A stretch of 56,234 nucleotides of DNA from contig CAZMYR010000008.1 in assembly GCA_964570585.1 (NCBI GenBank), positions 1-56,234 of the forward strand. The letters run 5' to 3'. Each line of letters begins with the position of its first letter. Within the stretch, counting starts at the first letter, position 1. This DNA comes from an uncultured Planctomycetia bacterium. Its GTDB lineage: Bacteria; Omnitrophota; Gorgyraeia; JABMRG01; JAFGKX01. The notes beneath the pieces are model-generated. The model searched no databases. It had not been told where the DNA came from and saw only the letters and a program-made list of their open reading frames with translations. Below, one piece after another: positions 54,408 to 56,234 of this stretch. Both the position numbers and the translations under genes were made by a program.

Positions 54408-55502
54408 TTAATGCTGAGGTTTTAAAAACGCTCCTCTTTCAAGCCATTTAAAAGTCCCAAATACAACAGTTATCCAAATTATTATTACTAATGTATTTAA
54501 AGTTATCAGCATCCCATGTAAAAAATGGGTTGCTACACATTTAGCCAAAAGGCCGGTAGCAACAACAAATGCCTCAAAAGGGAATGTATAAGCCCACCAA
54601 CCGAAAACCAGCGGGTGGCTCTTCATTTTAAGGTAGTTGTGAAACAAAATAATTACCAGGATTAACCACCAAAAGGAAAACCCCCATAGCGCAGAGGCAA
54701 CTATCTTTACAAGAGGAAACACAGACATAAAGTTTATTCCGAATAAGCTCCCATGCGAGGCTTCGATTGCTTGTATAAATTTTATTAAAAAAATTACTAT
54801 AATAGCCGTTGGCGCTATCCCTACCATGGCAGTGGGCGCCAACCCGCCTTCCGGCATGCCATGATAGATGTAGCGGTGCCACACTGCTGCGCCAACAAAC
54901 AAAAAATTCAGAATTCCTACGCCCAATGCTATCATAGAAATCACAAATAATACAGGAGCCAAACTCGTCTCTGCCCAGTAAACATCCATAGAGCAGGCCC
55001 CAAGTACAGGGATTATAAGATGGGACACAGGAGGGATAAACCAGGAGAAATTCGCGTGCTCGTGCTTAACGCCTTCACTTAGAAACTGTGTTCGGACCAA
55101 CAAGAAACCGAAGGTAAAAATCCCAATAACGCCTAAAAAGAAAAAGACTATACTTAAATGATAGGCAAACCACGGGCCAAAAAGCATAGGGCCAAGTTTG
55201 TTGGTGCCTGTCCCGGCCAGGATGAAACAGATAGGCATGGTAGGAAAGAAGTTACCTCTGATTGGATGTTGTAAATCTTTCTTGATTTCTTCCGGATACA
55301 TAAAAAATCTTAGTGTCCAGGGGATTAAAAATGCAACCAACATTACTGTAGTCAATAAATAAAATCCCAAACCCACATATAATAAAGGAGAAAAAGGCCT
55401 GGCAACCTCCGAGGATAACTGCATTGTAATACATATAGCCGCGGTACCCATAACTGCAGCGCCCCATTCCGGTCCAAAATTCTTAATAATTCTTCTAAAC
55501 AT
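54408..55502 (-). CDS. TDT (TehA/SLAC1) family transporter
   Basis: WGAAVMGT, NFFPT, WFIPPV, GWWAYTFP; about 10 TM segments. Confidence 0.9.
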   Translation of the reverse strand: MFRRIIKNFGPEWGAAVMGTAAICITMQLSSEVARPFSPLLYVGLGFYLLTTVMLVAFLIPWTLRFFMYPEEIKKDLQHPIRGNFFPTMPICFILAGTGTNKLGPMLFGPWFAYHLSIVFFFLGVIGIFTFGFLLVRTQFLSEGVKHEHANFSWFIPPVSHLIIPVLGACSMDVYWAETSLAPVLFVISMIALGVGILNFLFVGAAVWHRYIYHGMPEGGLAPTAMVGIAPTAIIVIFLIKFIQAIEASHGSLFGINFMSVFPLVKIVASALWGFSFWWLILVIILFHNYLKMKSHPLVFGWWAYTFPFEAFVVATGLLAKCVATHFLHGMLITLNTLVIIIWITVVFGTFKWLERGAFLKPQH

Positions 55503-56076
55503 CTTCTGCCTCCTGTGTTTTTTTGGTTTTAAAATTTAATATATAACATTCATTATAATAATTATCATGAAGGCATTTTTTAAAAAATCTATCTCTTAAA
55601 ATGAATCCTGCAGTCTCTATTTCTTTTATAACATCTTCTAACCCCAAAGAGGCCAGCTCCATTAAAGGGGAATCTTTTTTATAATGTTTAGGATAAAGAG
55701 AAAGAAATCCCGTTGGTTTCAGTAACCGATAAGCTTCGTCATAAATTATTTTTCTATTTTTTTCATAATGGACAACATCGTAAGCTAAAACAGCATCTAC
55801 GGAACTATCTTCTAAAGATACTTTGGTATTTCCTTCAATTAACTCTATATTTTTTAAGCCAAATTGTCCTATTGTTTTTTCTGATTCACGCAAAACATCC
55901 TTATCTTTATCAAAGGCATATACTTTACCTTCCGCGCCTACCACTTTTGCCGCAGGGATTGTGTAGTGTCCTTCGCCACAGCCAAAATCTAAAACAATAT
56001 CTTTCCTTTTAACCCCGATACTTTTAAAGAATAATTCCCCGTCTTTCTCTACCCATTTCCTGATATTGTCTTTCAT
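55495..56076 (-). CDS. Class I SAM-dependent methyltransferase
   Basis: VLDFGCGEGHY, VYAFD, YDVVH. Confidence 0.88.
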   Translation of the reverse strand: MKDNIRKWVEKDGELFFKSIGVKRKDIVLDFGCGEGHYTIPAAKVVGAEGKVYAFDKDKDVLRESEKTIGQFGLKNIELIEGNTKVSLEDSSVDAVLAYDVVHYEKNRKIIYDEAYRLLKPTGFLSLYPKHYKKDSPLMELASLGLEDVIKEIETAGFILRDRFFKKCLHDNYYNECYILNFKTKKTQEAEDV

Positions 56077-56092
56077 ATTCCCCCAAATGCAC

Positions 56093-56234
56093 TTATGCTA
56101 CTTTGTCTAAAATTCCGTCCACTGAAATTGAGTGTAAATGAAAACCCAATTCTTTTGCCGGGTCCGCACCTAAGGCAAGCCCGAGAAGTTGGGAATAAAG
56201 AATTACAGGCAAATTATATTGTTTGTTATGCTCC
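56093..56234 (-). CDS. hdrB: Heterodisulfide reductase subunit B-like protein, C-terminal end (not in ORF track)
   Basis: ...YNLPVILYSQLLGLALGADPAKELGFHLHSISV...; only the last 46 aa are visible. Confidence 0.65.
   Translation of the reverse strand, partial: EHNKQYNLPVILYSQLLGLALGADPAKELGFHLHSISVDGILDKVA

Noticed and set aside
251-56012. All plus-strand ORFs in the track and the nested minus-strand alternatives (e.g. 2509-2706, 37543-37775, 40677-40919, 45507-45751, 51178-51408, 54628-54882)
   Set aside because: They are antisense or alternative-frame shadows of well-supported genes, with no family motifs or RBS.
1-56234. Stop-codon recoding, selenoproteins, or a reverse-transcriptase system (DGR, retron, group II intron)
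   Set aside because: Conserved genes are full length in the standard code, I saw no in-frame TGA at a catalytic Cys position, and no RT motifs are present.
1-56234. Uniform minus-strand orientation over 56 kb
   Set aside because: Striking but most simply explained by leading-strand bias; it cannot be tested without the origin position.

Overview
A 56 kb AT-rich bacterial chromosomal window. Essentially every real gene lies on the minus strand, and the plus-strand ORFs are shadows. The gene content suggests an anaerobic, probably diderm and possibly uncultured lineage (Omnitrophota-like is a guess). There are three blocks. (1) 1-13 kb, housekeeping: comEC (partial), comEA, apgM, purF, a divergent mnmG, polX, treT plus DUF5752, an MA1821-type homocysteine enzyme and cysK. 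(2) 13065-28899, a 15.8 kb integrative defence island at the 3' end of tRNA-Asp(GUC), bounded by a 30-bp direct repeat. It carries an integrase, Xis, an unannotated leaderless XRE regulator with two palindromic operators, DarTG, a secreted chymotrypsin-fold protein with a picornavirus-3C-like GDCG cysteine motif, a PHP-ATPase (Ppl-like), and an adenine methyltransferase paired with a PLD-SNF2 helicase. (3) 29-56 kb: tRNA-Val/Asp, repair genes, then a long Fur-headed metal/redox cluster (DUF5320, NifB/NifX-like proteins, two COG1149 ATPases, ferredoxins, Mrp, CcdA/TlpA/Trx) in which several proteins share a PGGDGTGP N-terminal motif and a common coiled coil. It also holds two pseudogene scars and ends in a partial hdrB. 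Many short REP-like palindromes occur, some inserted in-frame in proteins. I found no CRISPR array, rRNA or phage structural genes. All family assignments come from motifs recognised by eye; no database searches were run.
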